Below are positions 27,953 to 36,950 of a DNA stretch of 44,147 nucleotides, piece by piece. The position numbers and the translations under genes are program-made. Below the pieces are notes generated by a model. The model was not told the DNA's origin and did not search any database. It saw only the letters and a list, made by a program, of their open reading frames with translations. The number at the start of each line of letters is the position of its first letter. The stretch's first letter is position 1. The DNA is from Fimbriimonadales bacterium (GTDB taxonomy: Bacteria > Armatimonadota > Fimbriimonadia > Fimbriimonadales > GBS-DC), in contig JBKBKS010000002.1 in assembly GCA_046294565.1 (NCBI GenBank), positions 1 to 44,147 on the forward strand, written 5' to 3'.

Positions 27953-29389
27953 CTACAGCGCGTGCTGAGTCACACTGTTGCCGTCGCAGGTAATCAGGAC
28001 CTGCTCGTCGTCGATGACGGTCTCGATATGCACAGGTCGCCCCCAGAGCTTCGCTAAGTAGCGCATACAACGGGTGGCGCGCTGCATATCGAGCGGCTTG
28101 CCGTCGTAGTGGTGCTTGAGGTAGAGCTCGCCGCGGTGCTCCCAGTCGCCGTCCTCCACTGTCAAAACAGGCATGCCGAAGTTGGTCATGTTATCGACCA
28201 GCGTGTTGCGCACCTTGCGCCAGTCGGTCTCGTCTACCACCCACACCAGCTCGCCGTTGCGCTCTTCCACGCGGTAGGTGTAGAGGTCTAACTCGCGTAC
28301 GAGCCGCTCGGTGAGGTACTTGTGCAGGAAGGTCTGGTCGCACTCCAACGTGCGCACCTCGAAGAGTTTCTGCATGCCCTGCCCGACGGGGCGCTCGATG
28401 CGGTAGCCCATCCAGTCGGTCTCCTGCTCGTCGGGGTCCACCTCGCCGTTCCAGCGACGCTCGATATCGCGCAACACCTTGTAGCCCACATAGTAGGGGT
28501 TCAGGCTGGTGCGCGAGCCGGGCTGCACCACCGACGAGTGCATCTTGCGGAACTGCACATGCTCGTCTGGGGTCAGCGGCAACGCTTCCAAAATCCGCTC
28601 GTGCCAGAAGGTCGCCCACCCCTCGTTGAGGGTCTTCGTCTTAATCTGCGGTAGGAAGTAGAGCATCTCCTCGCGTATCATGCTGATGATGTCGCGTTGC
28701 CAGTCATCCAGCACGCGCGAGTGGTCGCGTAGGAACAGCAGCAGGTCTTTCTGTGGCTCCTCGGGGATTTTGCGCGGCTTGGGTTCGGGTTTGGGCTTGG
28801 GCTGCGCCATGTAGAACAGGTCTTCATAGGTGTCGCCCAGGGGTTTCGGTTCGTCGGCTTCCGCTTTGCGTGGGGGCGCGCCGTAGGTGGGCAGCACAGG
28901 GTCGATATGCTCCTCAATCGACAGCACCGCGTCCAGAAACTGCTCCACCACCAGCGGTCCGTAGCGCATTTCGTAGTCGCGAATGCGCTCGGCGTGGAGG
29001 CGTGTGCGCTCGATCATCCGACGGTCAGTGTGTTCGAAGTAGATGTTGTTCTTGAAAAAGTCGGAGTGCCCGTACACATGCGCCACGACGAGTTTGTGCG
29101 CGAGCATATCGTTCACATCGAGCAGGAACGCTTGGGAAGGGTTGCTGTTGAACACGAGTTCGTAGATTCGGCTCACCCCATACTCGTACATCGTCTTTTG
29201 CACATGGTAGTCGCGTCCGAAGGTCCAGTGCGAGAAGCGCGCGGGCAAGGCATACGAGCCGAGTTCGTAAATCACATGCGCGGGCGCCACCTCGAAATGC
29301 ACGGGGAACGGGTCTAAGCCCATCGCCAGTGCCTGCTCGTAAATCATCTCGATCCAGCGTTCCAGTTCGGCGCGTTCAGCCTGCGTCAT
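27953..29389 (-). CDS. spoVR: SpoVR/YcgB-family protein
   Basis: 478 aa. 'GLDPFPVHFEV', 'RFSHWTFGRDY', 'RIYELVFNSNPSQAFLL', 'HVYGHSDFFKNN', 'EGWATFWH', 'VEDGDWEHRGELYLKH'. Confidence 0.9.
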   Translation of the reverse strand: MTQAERAELERWIEMIYEQALAMGLDPFPVHFEVAPAHVIYELGSYALPARFSHWTFGRDYHVQKTMYEYGVSRIYELVFNSNPSQAFLLDVNDMLAHKLVVAHVYGHSDFFKNNIYFEHTDRRMIERTRLHAERIRDYEMRYGPLVVEQFLDAVLSIEEHIDPVLPTYGAPPRKAEADEPKPLGDTYEDLFYMAQPKPKPEPKPRKIPEEPQKDLLLFLRDHSRVLDDWQRDIISMIREEMLYFLPQIKTKTLNEGWATFWHERILEALPLTPDEHVQFRKMHSSVVQPGSRTSLNPYYVGYKVLRDIERRWNGEVDPDEQETDWMGYRIERPVGQGMQKLFEVRTLECDQTFLHKYLTERLVRELDLYTYRVEERNGELVWVVDETDWRKVRNTLVDNMTNFGMPVLTVEDGDWEHRGELYLKHHYDGKPLDMQRATRCMRYLAKLWGRPVHIETVIDDEQVLITCDGNSVTQHAL

Positions 29390-29622
29390 AGGTACCCCCT
29401 GCAGTGATTAACGCAAATTATTGTCGGCAGGTTCCTGTATTTTCAGCAATCGTCTCACAGCGACTCTATCTGTCGTCTTTGAGTGCCTCAACAGTCAGGG
29501 CGTCCTATCGGCTTTGCGCTCCCTTCCCGCGTGCGGGGCGGGCTGGGGAGAGGCTGACTTCATTGCTCAGCCCCTTGTAGCATTCTGGGTGTGGAAAGAG
29601 TCGGGGCGAGCGCCTCTTCACC

Positions 29623-29841
29623 TTAGAGGCACTTATGTAGTGTGCCTGAAATCCAGAGCGTACCGTCGTCTGCAAGCACGCGGACACACTCGCGGATCCA
29701 AGCACGATTGAACTCGTGCAGATTCTGAATTTGGTCCCACTCGCCTTTGTTGCAGGCGACAGGTTTACCGCCGCGACAGGTAAGGAAGCCTTGCCCTGAC
29801 AGATTGTAGGGTGGGTCTGCGAAAATGTTGTGCTTACTCAT
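29623..29841 (-). pseudogene. Remnant of a beta-class (CcrM-like) N6-adenine/N4-cytosine DNA methyltransferase
   Basis: 72-aa ORF 'NIFADPPYNL...EWDQ...FNRAWIRECVRVLADDGTLWISGTLH' covers only the motif IV (DPPY) region. Full enzymes are ~270-360 aa, with a further N-terminal segment and a C-terminal FxGxG SAM motif, neither of which appears in any frame downstream. Local GC is visibly lower. The ATG overlaps the galE stop. Confidence 0.7.
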
Positions 29842-30814
29842 AGCCGTTGGGATGGTTTACGAACCACTGATAGGCATGCTCGATCATCGTTGCCAGTTGG
29901 GGGTAGCGGGGTCGCCAGCCGAGTTCGCGTTGGGCTTTCTCGCTGGAGGCGACCAGTCGCGCGGGGTCGCCAGGGCGGCGCGGAGCGTACACCGTTGGGA
30001 TGGACTTGCCCACCACCTGCTCCGCTGTGCGTATCACCTCCAGCACCGAGTAGCCCTGTCCGTTGCCCAAGTTGTAGACATCGCTGGGCGCGCCCGCGCG
30101 CAGACGCTGCAACGCCAAGTAGTGCGCCTCACATAGGTCCCACACATGCACATAGTCGCGAATGCAGGAGCCGTCGGGCGTGTCGTAGTCCGTGCCGAAC
30201 ACCGCTATCGACTCGCGCCTGCCCAGCGCAGTGAACAGCGTGAGCGGTATCAGATGCTCTTCAGGGCGGTGGTCTTCGCCCAGCTCGCCGTCGGGGTCTG
30301 CCCCCGCTGCGTTGAAATAGCGCAACGCGACCGAGCGCACCCCATACGCTTGTCCGTACCAGCGCAACATCCCCTCCATCACGCGCTTCGTCTCGCCGTA
30401 GGTGTTGGTGGGATCCAGCGGGTGCGTTTCGGGGATGGGAACCTCCACAGGCTCGCCGTACACCGCCGCTGTAGACGAGAAGATAATCTGCGACACGCCG
30501 TGCTGGCGCATCGCCTCCATCAGGCGCAGACACCCCAGCACATTATTGTCGTAATACTTAGCAGGGTCGCGCATCGATTCGCCCGCGAAGATGAACGCCG
30601 CGAAGTGGAGAACGCACTCGATATCGTGGGTGCGGAAGACTCGATTCAGCGTTTCAGGGTCGCGCAGGTCGCCCTGCTCAATAACGCCTCCTGTGAGCGC
30701 GCCCTTGTGCCCTGTGGCGAAGTTGTCCAACACCACCACGCGCTCGCCCTTCTGAAGTAGATACTTCACCATGTGCGAGCCGATATAGCCCGCGCCGCCG
30801 ACTATCAGAAGCAT
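29834..30814 (-). CDS. galE: UDP-glucose 4-epimerase
   Basis: 326 aa. 'MLLIVGGAGYIGSH', 'SSTAAVYG', catalytic 'YGETKRVME', 'RYFNAAGA', 'DYDTPDGSCIRDYVHVWDL'. Confidence 0.95.
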   Translation of the reverse strand: MLLIVGGAGYIGSHMVKYLLQKGERVVVLDNFATGHKGALTGGVIEQGDLRDPETLNRVFRTHDIECVLHFAAFIFAGESMRDPAKYYDNNVLGCLRLMEAMRQHGVSQIIFSSTAAVYGEPVEVPIPETHPLDPTNTYGETKRVMEGMLRWYGQAYGVRSVALRYFNAAGADPDGELGEDHRPEEHLIPLTLFTALGRRESIAVFGTDYDTPDGSCIRDYVHVWDLCEAHYLALQRLRAGAPSDVYNLGNGQGYSVLEVIRTAEQVVGKSIPTVYAPRRPGDPARLVASSEKAQRELGWRPRYPQLATMIEHAYQWFVNHPNGYE

Positions 30815-30824
30815 ACACCCAAGT

Positions 30825-33092
30825 CTACCTCATGCGCCTGCGCATGAGAGTTAATCCGCTCATCGACACGACGCCCAAGCCGCTCATAAGTGCGCCGATG
30901 ACGATGCTTCGCGGCAGGAACCACATCTCCACTATCGCCTCGCCTGCAGGCACGGGCACAGCGCGGAACGCGCCGTTCGCACGCAACACCGGAACAGGCT
31001 CGCCGTTCACAGTCGCCCGCCAGCCGGGATACCAAGCGTCGGTAATCAGTAGCCAACAGGTCTGTGAGGTTGGGTTCACCACGCGCAGGCGTATGAAGTT
31101 CGCACGGTAGGCTTGCCATTCGGGGTCGGGCTGGGGAGCAAGCGCACCTTGACCGTATTGCTGCAGGGCGCGCTGCGCGTCCGCGCCACAGACGGGGATT
31201 GCCTCTGGGAAAGGGTTCTGCTGCAGGCGCGACCACACGGCTTCCTCGTTCGGGAGCAGCTCCAGCGGTTGCAGTCGCGCGGGCGCAGGGGGCAGGCTCA
31301 TCCAGCCGTCAGGCGTGAGAACCGCACGCACGCGCAGGTGGGCAAGCGCAGGGTTCAGAGCCTTCACAAAGAGCATGTTGCCGTTCTCAGGCGGCGCGCT
31401 ATCCTGACCGTTCAGCAGGTCTAAAAAGCGTTTGTAGTGGCGCGTGAGCAGCGAGTCGTAGCCGCCGACGTCGTGGAGGCGATAGGCGACGGGCGTGTTG
31501 GGGGGCATTCGGGCAGGCGGCGGCTCGTAGAGGCTCCAGCGCGTGTTCAACACGGCAATCCGCTCGCCTCTGCGCAGCGCAGGCAAGTCGGGCAAGGGCG
31601 GATAGACCGCCTCCAGCGGCGCGCTGCGCGGAAGGCTCGCCCAAATCATCAGGGGCGCCGACGCCAACGCCACAGGCAGCCAATCCGAGCGGAACGCCGA
31701 TGCCCGACTCGCCACGCCGAAGAGAACCGCCGTCACGCCCAGTCCCAAATAGAGTGCGAGGTCGTGCAATACGCCTTCCCAGAGCGCGTTGAGGGGCGCG
31801 CCCTGCGGCAAGGTCAGCCCTGTCAGAAGCGCGGCGAACGCCAACAGCCCCGTCCAGACGGCAAGCGCACGCTTCCAGTCTCCCGACGCCTGACAGCCGT
31901 GCGCCGCCAAGATCGCCGTGCTGAACGCCCACAGGCACAGCACACGAGCAGGCGAGCCAGTCGCGCTGTAGCCCGGCAGGTAGAAGTAGAGCAGTTTCGT
32001 CAGGGGCGTTCCGAGCGCAATCAGCAGCGCGAGTAGCCCCACGCCCAGCCAGAACGCGCCTTGCCCGCGCCGTCGCACGCCCATCAACGCCAGCAGCAGC
32101 CCGAACGCGCCCACCGACACCGCAAGTTCCGCATAATGCACCGCGCCCCAGTAGCCGCCCTCGCGCAACACGCCATATGCGTTCGGGAACCACGCCGTGA
32201 GTAGATGAAACAGCGGCAGCGCGTTGCGCACATAGGCTGCGTACCCCGCCTCTGTCGGAGCCGCCTGCCGATGGCTGTAGCCCGACAGCTCCAGCGTGGG
32301 CAGCAGCTGCACTCCTGCGAGCATCGCGCCGCCGATGTAGCCGACGCCGAGCGCCAGCGCATAGCGCGCCCCCATGCCCTGCGCGCGTGTCTCGTATCCC
32401 CAGTAGAGCGCGTAGAGCAGGCTCATCAGCAGCCCGTAGAGCGCGAACTGCAAGTGCCCCGCCAACAGCATCATCCCGACTGGCGACGCGAACGCCCACG
32501 CGCCCCGAAAACCGCGCTCGCGCACCCGCTCCACCCCCAACAGCAGCCACCCGAACCAGCTCAGCGTCGCAGGCACAGAGCTCAACGGCAGCCACGCGAC
32601 CATAAAGAGGCTCAGCGTCCAAAGCGCCATCCCGACGAGTACCGCCGCGGCGCGTAGCCCGCGCCCGTGCAGCCACAAGCCCAGCCCCAGCCCCGCCCAG
32701 AACAAGTGGAACCACGCCAGCACGCCCACCGCCGCCCAAGAGGGCAACGGCAGCACAAGCAGATGCGGCGGATAGAACGGCGCAGACTGACTGTTGGCTA
32801 ATAGCGGGGTTCCACAGAGCGCATATGGGTTCCACAACGGCAGCTCGCCGCCGAGCCAGAGCGTGCGCACAAGGTCGCGCCAGATGTAAAACTGCGCCGC
32901 GCCGTCCCAAATCAGCACATCCCAACCGGGCGGCTCCACAGCCGTCGGCAGGCTACGCCACGGCTCAAAATGAAACAGCAACCGCAGCGGCGCGAACGCC
33001 CACTCGCCTCTCGCCCATCCACCCAGCAACGGAAACAGCGCAAGAACCGCCGCCGCCAACGCGCAAAAACCCCAACCGGGGAGCCGACGCAT
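30825..33092 (-). CDS. Large polytopic membrane protein, YfhO-like putative glycan/lipid-linked sugar transferase
   Basis: About 755 aa from the ATG at 33092, with many hydrophobic helices followed by a ~250-aa extracytoplasmic C-terminal domain and a terminal TM. The family name rests on architecture only. TATAAT (33105..33100, minus strand) sits 7 nt upstream of the ATG, so the mRNA may be leaderless. Confidence 0.6.
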   Translation of the reverse strand: MRRLPGWGFCALAAAVLALFPLLGGWARGEWAFAPLRLLFHFEPWRSLPTAVEPPGWDVLIWDGAAQFYIWRDLVRTLWLGGELPLWNPYALCGTPLLANSQSAPFYPPHLLVLPLPSWAAVGVLAWFHLFWAGLGLGLWLHGRGLRAAAVLVGMALWTLSLFMVAWLPLSSVPATLSWFGWLLLGVERVRERGFRGAWAFASPVGMMLLAGHLQFALYGLLMSLLYALYWGYETRAQGMGARYALALGVGYIGGAMLAGVQLLPTLELSGYSHRQAAPTEAGYAAYVRNALPLFHLLTAWFPNAYGVLREGGYWGAVHYAELAVSVGAFGLLLALMGVRRRGQGAFWLGVGLLALLIALGTPLTKLLYFYLPGYSATGSPARVLCLWAFSTAILAAHGCQASGDWKRALAVWTGLLAFAALLTGLTLPQGAPLNALWEGVLHDLALYLGLGVTAVLFGVASRASAFRSDWLPVALASAPLMIWASLPRSAPLEAVYPPLPDLPALRRGERIAVLNTRWSLYEPPPARMPPNTPVAYRLHDVGGYDSLLTRHYKRFLDLLNGQDSAPPENGNMLFVKALNPALAHLRVRAVLTPDGWMSLPPAPARLQPLELLPNEEAVWSRLQQNPFPEAIPVCGADAQRALQQYGQGALAPQPDPEWQAYRANFIRLRVVNPTSQTCWLLITDAWYPGWRATVNGEPVPVLRANGAFRAVPVPAGEAIVEMWFLPRSIVIGALMSGLGVVSMSGLTLMRRRMR

Positions 33093-33099
33093 ACACCCC

Positions 33100-33145
33100 A
33101 TTATACCGAGCTGTGGAACTCCGACCGCGCCGAATGGTGTATAAT
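33100..33145. promoter_or_regulatory. Divergent -10 boxes in the 82-bp gap between the YfhO-like gene and the Pup-ligase-family gene
   Basis: TATAAT on the minus strand at 33105..33100 and TATAAT on the plus strand at 33140..33145 (preceded by TG). GGGGGAG (33162..33168) precedes the ATG at 33175. Confidence 0.35.
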
Positions 33146-33174
33146 AAAGATATGAGCCGTAGGGGGAGCCTGAA

Positions 33175-34650
33175 ATGATAGGGCGTCGTGTATTCGGCAT
33201 CGAGACTGAGTTCGGGTGCTTCGTGCGGGACGAGCGCGTGGGTACCTCCGAGACTGTCGTGGAAGCGGTCAAGAACTATGTGTTCAGCAAGGCGCGGCTG
33301 GGACTGATTGACCTGACGGCGCGCGATGAGGCGTTCGAACCCGCGCGCAGCGGCGGCTTCCTTGTCAACGGCGGACGCCTCTATATCGACGCCGTCGGCA
33401 GCCACTTGGAGTACGCCACGCCCGAATGCGCCAGCCTGTTCGATATCGTGGCGCACGAGAAGGCAGGGCAGCGCATCGTCTATAACACGCTCAAACAGAT
33501 GCACTGGGACGAGCGCGTGAGCTTCCACAATAATAATGTCGACCACTTCGCCGGGCACACTTTCGGTTGCCACGAGAACTACTTGGTGCGCACGGACGAC
33601 CGCCTGCCCAGCGATTGGCACAAGCTGGTGCTGCCGTTTCTGACCACGCGCCAAATCTTCGCGGGGGCAGGGCGCGTCGGCGGACATCGCCTCGAACACG
33701 CCGGGTTCCGACCCTCGCTCTCCGAAGTCGCCGACCACCCTATCGATTTCATCTGGGTCTCGAATGTCTATAATGTGGAGCCTGACCCGACTGTGCAGTA
33801 TCAACTTTCGCAACGCGCCGACCACATCGTGCGCGAGAACGCCTCGCGCGTGCGCTTCAACCGCGCGATTATCAATCCGAAGTGGGACAGCGTGTACGGC
33901 TACCAGAACTATCAACGGCTGCACCTGCTGTTCGGCGAGGGCAACATGAGCGAGTACGCCGCCGCGCTGAAAATCGGGACCACCTGCTTGGTGTTAGACC
34001 TTGCCGAAGCGCGCGCCATCCCCAACTGGCTGCGCCTGCAGGACGCCCTACACACCCTCAAGAGCATCTCACGCGACGCCACCCGCAAATGGATTGTCAC
34101 ACTGCTCGATGGCAGCACCATCTCCGCCATCGACCTGCAACGCGCCTACCTGCAACTCGCCCAGAAACGCTTCGCCGGGCGCGACCCCGAAACCGACTGG
34201 GTGCTACACGAGTGGCAGTATGTGCTGGACACCTTAGAGACCGACCCTGAGAAGTTGGAAGACCGCCTCGACTGGTTGATTAAGCTGCGTATCCTGCGCG
34301 AGTATATGGAAGATACGGGCGCACAGTGGGGCGACGAGGCGCTCCACTCCATCGACTTGGAGTATCACAATATCAACCCTGAGCAGGGCCTCTACTACGC
34401 GCTGCAGCAGATGGGCGAGGTGGCGCGCGTCATCGACGATGTGCAGATTGAGGCAGGCGTGACCACGCCGCCCGCCGACACCCGCGCCCACGCGCGCGGC
34501 TATGTCATCAAGAAGCTCGCCGAGCGACGCTACAACCGCTACTACATCGACTGGGACATCGTGTATGTAGACCGCAATCGTCAGGTGGACATGCGCGACC
34601 CGTTCAACACCTACACGCGCGAGGCGGAGCGGTTCGTGATGATGTTGTAG
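33175..34650 (+). CDS. Pup-ligase/deamidase family protein (PafA/Dop homologue, carboxylate-amine ligase fold)
   Basis: 491 aa. 'RRVFGIETEFG', 'NGGRLYIDAVGSHLEYATPEC', 'GCHENYLV', 'LPFLTTRQIFAGAGRVG', 'QLSQRADHI', 'RLHLLFGEGNMSEYAAALKIGTTCLVLDL', 'PPADTRAHARG'. These are the conserved blocks of actinobacterial PafA/Dop. Confidence 0.85.
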   Translation: MIGRRVFGIETEFGCFVRDERVGTSETVVEAVKNYVFSKARLGLIDLTARDEAFEPARSGGFLVNGGRLYIDAVGSHLEYATPECASLFDIVAHEKAGQRIVYNTLKQMHWDERVSFHNNNVDHFAGHTFGCHENYLVRTDDRLPSDWHKLVLPFLTTRQIFAGAGRVGGHRLEHAGFRPSLSEVADHPIDFIWVSNVYNVEPDPTVQYQLSQRADHIVRENASRVRFNRAIINPKWDSVYGYQNYQRLHLLFGEGNMSEYAAALKIGTTCLVLDLAEARAIPNWLRLQDALHTLKSISRDATRKWIVTLLDGSTISAIDLQRAYLQLAQKRFAGRDPETDWVLHEWQYVLDTLETDPEKLEDRLDWLIKLRILREYMEDTGAQWGDEALHSIDLEYHNINPEQGLYYALQQMGEVARVIDDVQIEAGVTTPPADTRAHARGYVIKKLAERRYNRYYIDWDIVYVDRNRQVDMRDPFNTYTREAERFVMML

Positions 34651-34657
34651 CGGGGGT

Positions 34658-36094
34658 TCAGCCGCCGCGCGACCATCGCTCCAGCATCTCCAGTGCGCGG
34701 TCGCGGCTCTTGTCCAGTCGCTCTTGGGGGTGGGGGTAGGTCTTGCGCAGCGTCACGCCTGCCTGCTGCAACACATGCTCGGGGGCTTCCCAAGGCGCGT
34801 GGATATACTCCGTCGGCAGGTTCGCCAGTTCGGGAACCCACTGACGCACATACGCACCGTCGGGGTCGAACTTGCGCCCCTGAATCACTGGGTTGAAGAT
34901 TCTAAAATACGGCGCAGCGTCCGCGCCGCAGCCCGAGGTCCACTGCCAGCCCAAGATGTTGCTGGCGGGGTCGGCGTCGACCAGCGTGTCCCAGAACCAC
35001 GACTCGCCCAGTCGCCAGTGAAGCAAGAGGTTCTTGGTGAGCCACGAGGCGACAATCATGCGCGTGCGATTGTGCATCCAGCCGATGCGCCAGAGCTGAC
35101 GCATGCCTGCATCGACCATCGGGATGCCCGTGCGCCCCTTTGTCCACGCTTTGTAGGCGGGCGTCTCCACTTCCGTCCACGGGAAGGTCTCGAACTCGCG
35201 GCGCAGGGCGCGCTCTTGAGTGTAAGGATGATGATACAAGATGTGATAGCCGAACTCGCGCCAACCGACCTCGCGCAGGAAGTGTTCCACGCCTTTCTTC
35301 CACTTGCCGAGGCTGTGGCGCAAGGTCGCATGCCAAATCTGGCGCGGGGTAATTTCGCCGTGATGTAGGTGGGGCGAGAGGCGCGAGGTAGCGTCCAAGT
35401 CGGGGCGGTCGCGCAGGGTGTGGTAGTCCTCCACAGCGTTGCTCAGGAACCATTCAAGTCGTTTCTGCGCCGCCGCCTCGCCGACTTGCCAAGTCTCACG
35501 GAGCCCCGCCGCCCAGTCGATAGTGGGCAGCAGCTTCAGCGAGTCCAGCGGCTCGGAGTGGGGCATACGCTCAGGCGCGTGCAGCGGTTCGGGTTCGGGC
35601 AGCGGTTCGGGCACTTGCACGACCTGCAACATTCGCTTCCAAAACGGCGTGAATACCCCGTATGGCTGCCCCGCGTCGGTGCGCACGGCGTCGGGGTCGT
35701 GCAGCAGGTAGCTGGGGTACTCGCGTACCTCGACGTCGCGCGCGCGGAGCGTCTTACGAATCTGCTCATCGCGCGTCCAGAGCTGCGGTTCGTAGCGCGT
35801 GTTCCAATAGAGCGCGTCCGCGCCCACTTCGGTCAGGATCTGCTCCAGCACGGGCAGGCTCTGCGGCGCGCGGCGAATCACGAGTTTCAGCCCGCGCCGC
35901 CGCAGCGACTGATCCAGCGATTGCAGCGAGTGGTGCAGCCACCACTTCCGCGCTGCGCCCGGCGCACGGCTACCTTGCTCTTCTGGCGCGTAGATGTAAA
36001 CGGGCACGACCGCGCCCCGACGCGCCGCCTCATACAGCGCAGGATTGTCCGACAAACGCAAATCGTTATGAAACCATACAACCGTCGTTTTCAT
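34658..36094 (-). CDS. phrB: Deoxyribodipyrimidine photolyase (class I CPD photolyase/cryptochrome family)
   Basis: 478 aa. 'VVWFHNDLRLSDNPAL', 'LSPHLHHGEI', 'WREFGYH', 'TGIPMVDAGMRQLWRIGWMHNRTRMIVASWL', 'DADPASNILGWQW'. Confidence 0.95.
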   Translation of the reverse strand: MKTTVVWFHNDLRLSDNPALYEAARRGAVVPVYIYAPEEQGSRAPGAARKWWLHHSLQSLDQSLRRRGLKLVIRRAPQSLPVLEQILTEVGADALYWNTRYEPQLWTRDEQIRKTLRARDVEVREYPSYLLHDPDAVRTDAGQPYGVFTPFWKRMLQVVQVPEPLPEPEPLHAPERMPHSEPLDSLKLLPTIDWAAGLRETWQVGEAAAQKRLEWFLSNAVEDYHTLRDRPDLDATSRLSPHLHHGEITPRQIWHATLRHSLGKWKKGVEHFLREVGWREFGYHILYHHPYTQERALRREFETFPWTEVETPAYKAWTKGRTGIPMVDAGMRQLWRIGWMHNRTRMIVASWLTKNLLLHWRLGESWFWDTLVDADPASNILGWQWTSGCGADAAPYFRIFNPVIQGRKFDPDGAYVRQWVPELANLPTEYIHAPWEAPEHVLQQAGVTLRKTYPHPQERLDKSRDRALEMLERWSRGG

Positions 36095-36133
36095 AGATTC
36101 TCCTCACATAATCTATATGAGATTGTACCCCAG

Positions 36134-36910
36134 TTACTCACTGAGTCGCTTTTGAAGCCTCTGGATGCCCAACGCTTTGCCGGTAGTTCGGTCTAAGTCT
36201 ACCAACACGGCGCAGACGACTGCTGCGCCTTTCGCCACATCGCTTTTGGCGGGCATCCCTGTCAAAAATCGCTGGATGGACGGTTCCAGTTCCATTCCGA
36301 TGGAGGAGTGCAGCGCGCCGCACATGCCTGCGTCGGTGAGGTAGGCAGTGCCTTTGGGGAGGATTCGCTCATCGGCGGTCTGCACATGGGTGTGCGTGCC
36401 GATGACCGCGCTGGCGCGTCCATCCGCGTAGTAGCCGAAGCAGGTCTTCTCGGAGGTCGCCTCCCCGTGAAAGTCCACGAACACGAACGGCGTCGTCAGC
36501 TGAGCGCAGATGTCGTCGAACTTACGGAAGGGGCAGTCGGCGTTGTCCATAAACACGCGCCCCGCCAGCGAGATTACCGCCAACTGCCGATCCAGCACTT
36601 CCAGTATCGTGTAGCCTTTGCCAGGCGACAGAGGCGAATAATTCGCTGGGCGCACAAGGCGTGGGTCGGAGTCCAGCGCGGGGTAGATTTCCTTTTTATC
36701 CCAGATATGGTTGCCGCTGGTGAAGGCGTGGATGCCGAGTTGCGCGAGTTCGTTCAGGGTCTGGGGTGTAATGCCTTTGCCGCCTGAGGCGTTCTCGCAG
36801 TTCGCCAGCACCACATCGGGCGCGTAGCGTGTGCGCCATTCGGGCAGCGTCTTGGCGACGGCGTTGCGCCCTGTGCGCCCCACGATGTCCGCCAGAAACA
36901 GTATCCTCAC
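36134..36910 (-). CDS. ymdB: YmdB-type metallophosphoesterase (TIGR00282 family)
   Basis: 258 aa. 'MRILFLADIVGRTGR', 'NCENASGGKGIT', 'FTSGNHIWDKKE', 'VDFHGEATSEK', 'IGTHTHVQTADERI'. Confidence 0.9.
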   Translation of the reverse strand: MRILFLADIVGRTGRNAVAKTLPEWRTRYAPDVVLANCENASGGKGITPQTLNELAQLGIHAFTSGNHIWDKKEIYPALDSDPRLVRPANYSPLSPGKGYTILEVLDRQLAVISLAGRVFMDNADCPFRKFDDICAQLTTPFVFVDFHGEATSEKTCFGYYADGRASAVIGTHTHVQTADERILPKGTAYLTDAGMCGALHSSIGMELEPSIQRFLTGMPAKSDVAKGAAVVCAVLVDLDRTTGKALGIQRLQKRLSE

Positions 36911-36950
36911 AGTACGAGTGTACCCCGCGTGGCAGGTATACTTTGCAGGA

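Noticed and set aside
34658-34680. The photolyase C-terminus ends in '...WSRGG', immediately beside the Pup-ligase homologue. It was considered as a Pup-like di-glycine tail.
   Set aside because: The gene is on the opposite strand and is a full-length ordinary photolyase. Pup/UBact tags are small disordered proteins ending in GGQ/GGE or a similar Q/E, not GG. This is a coincidence.
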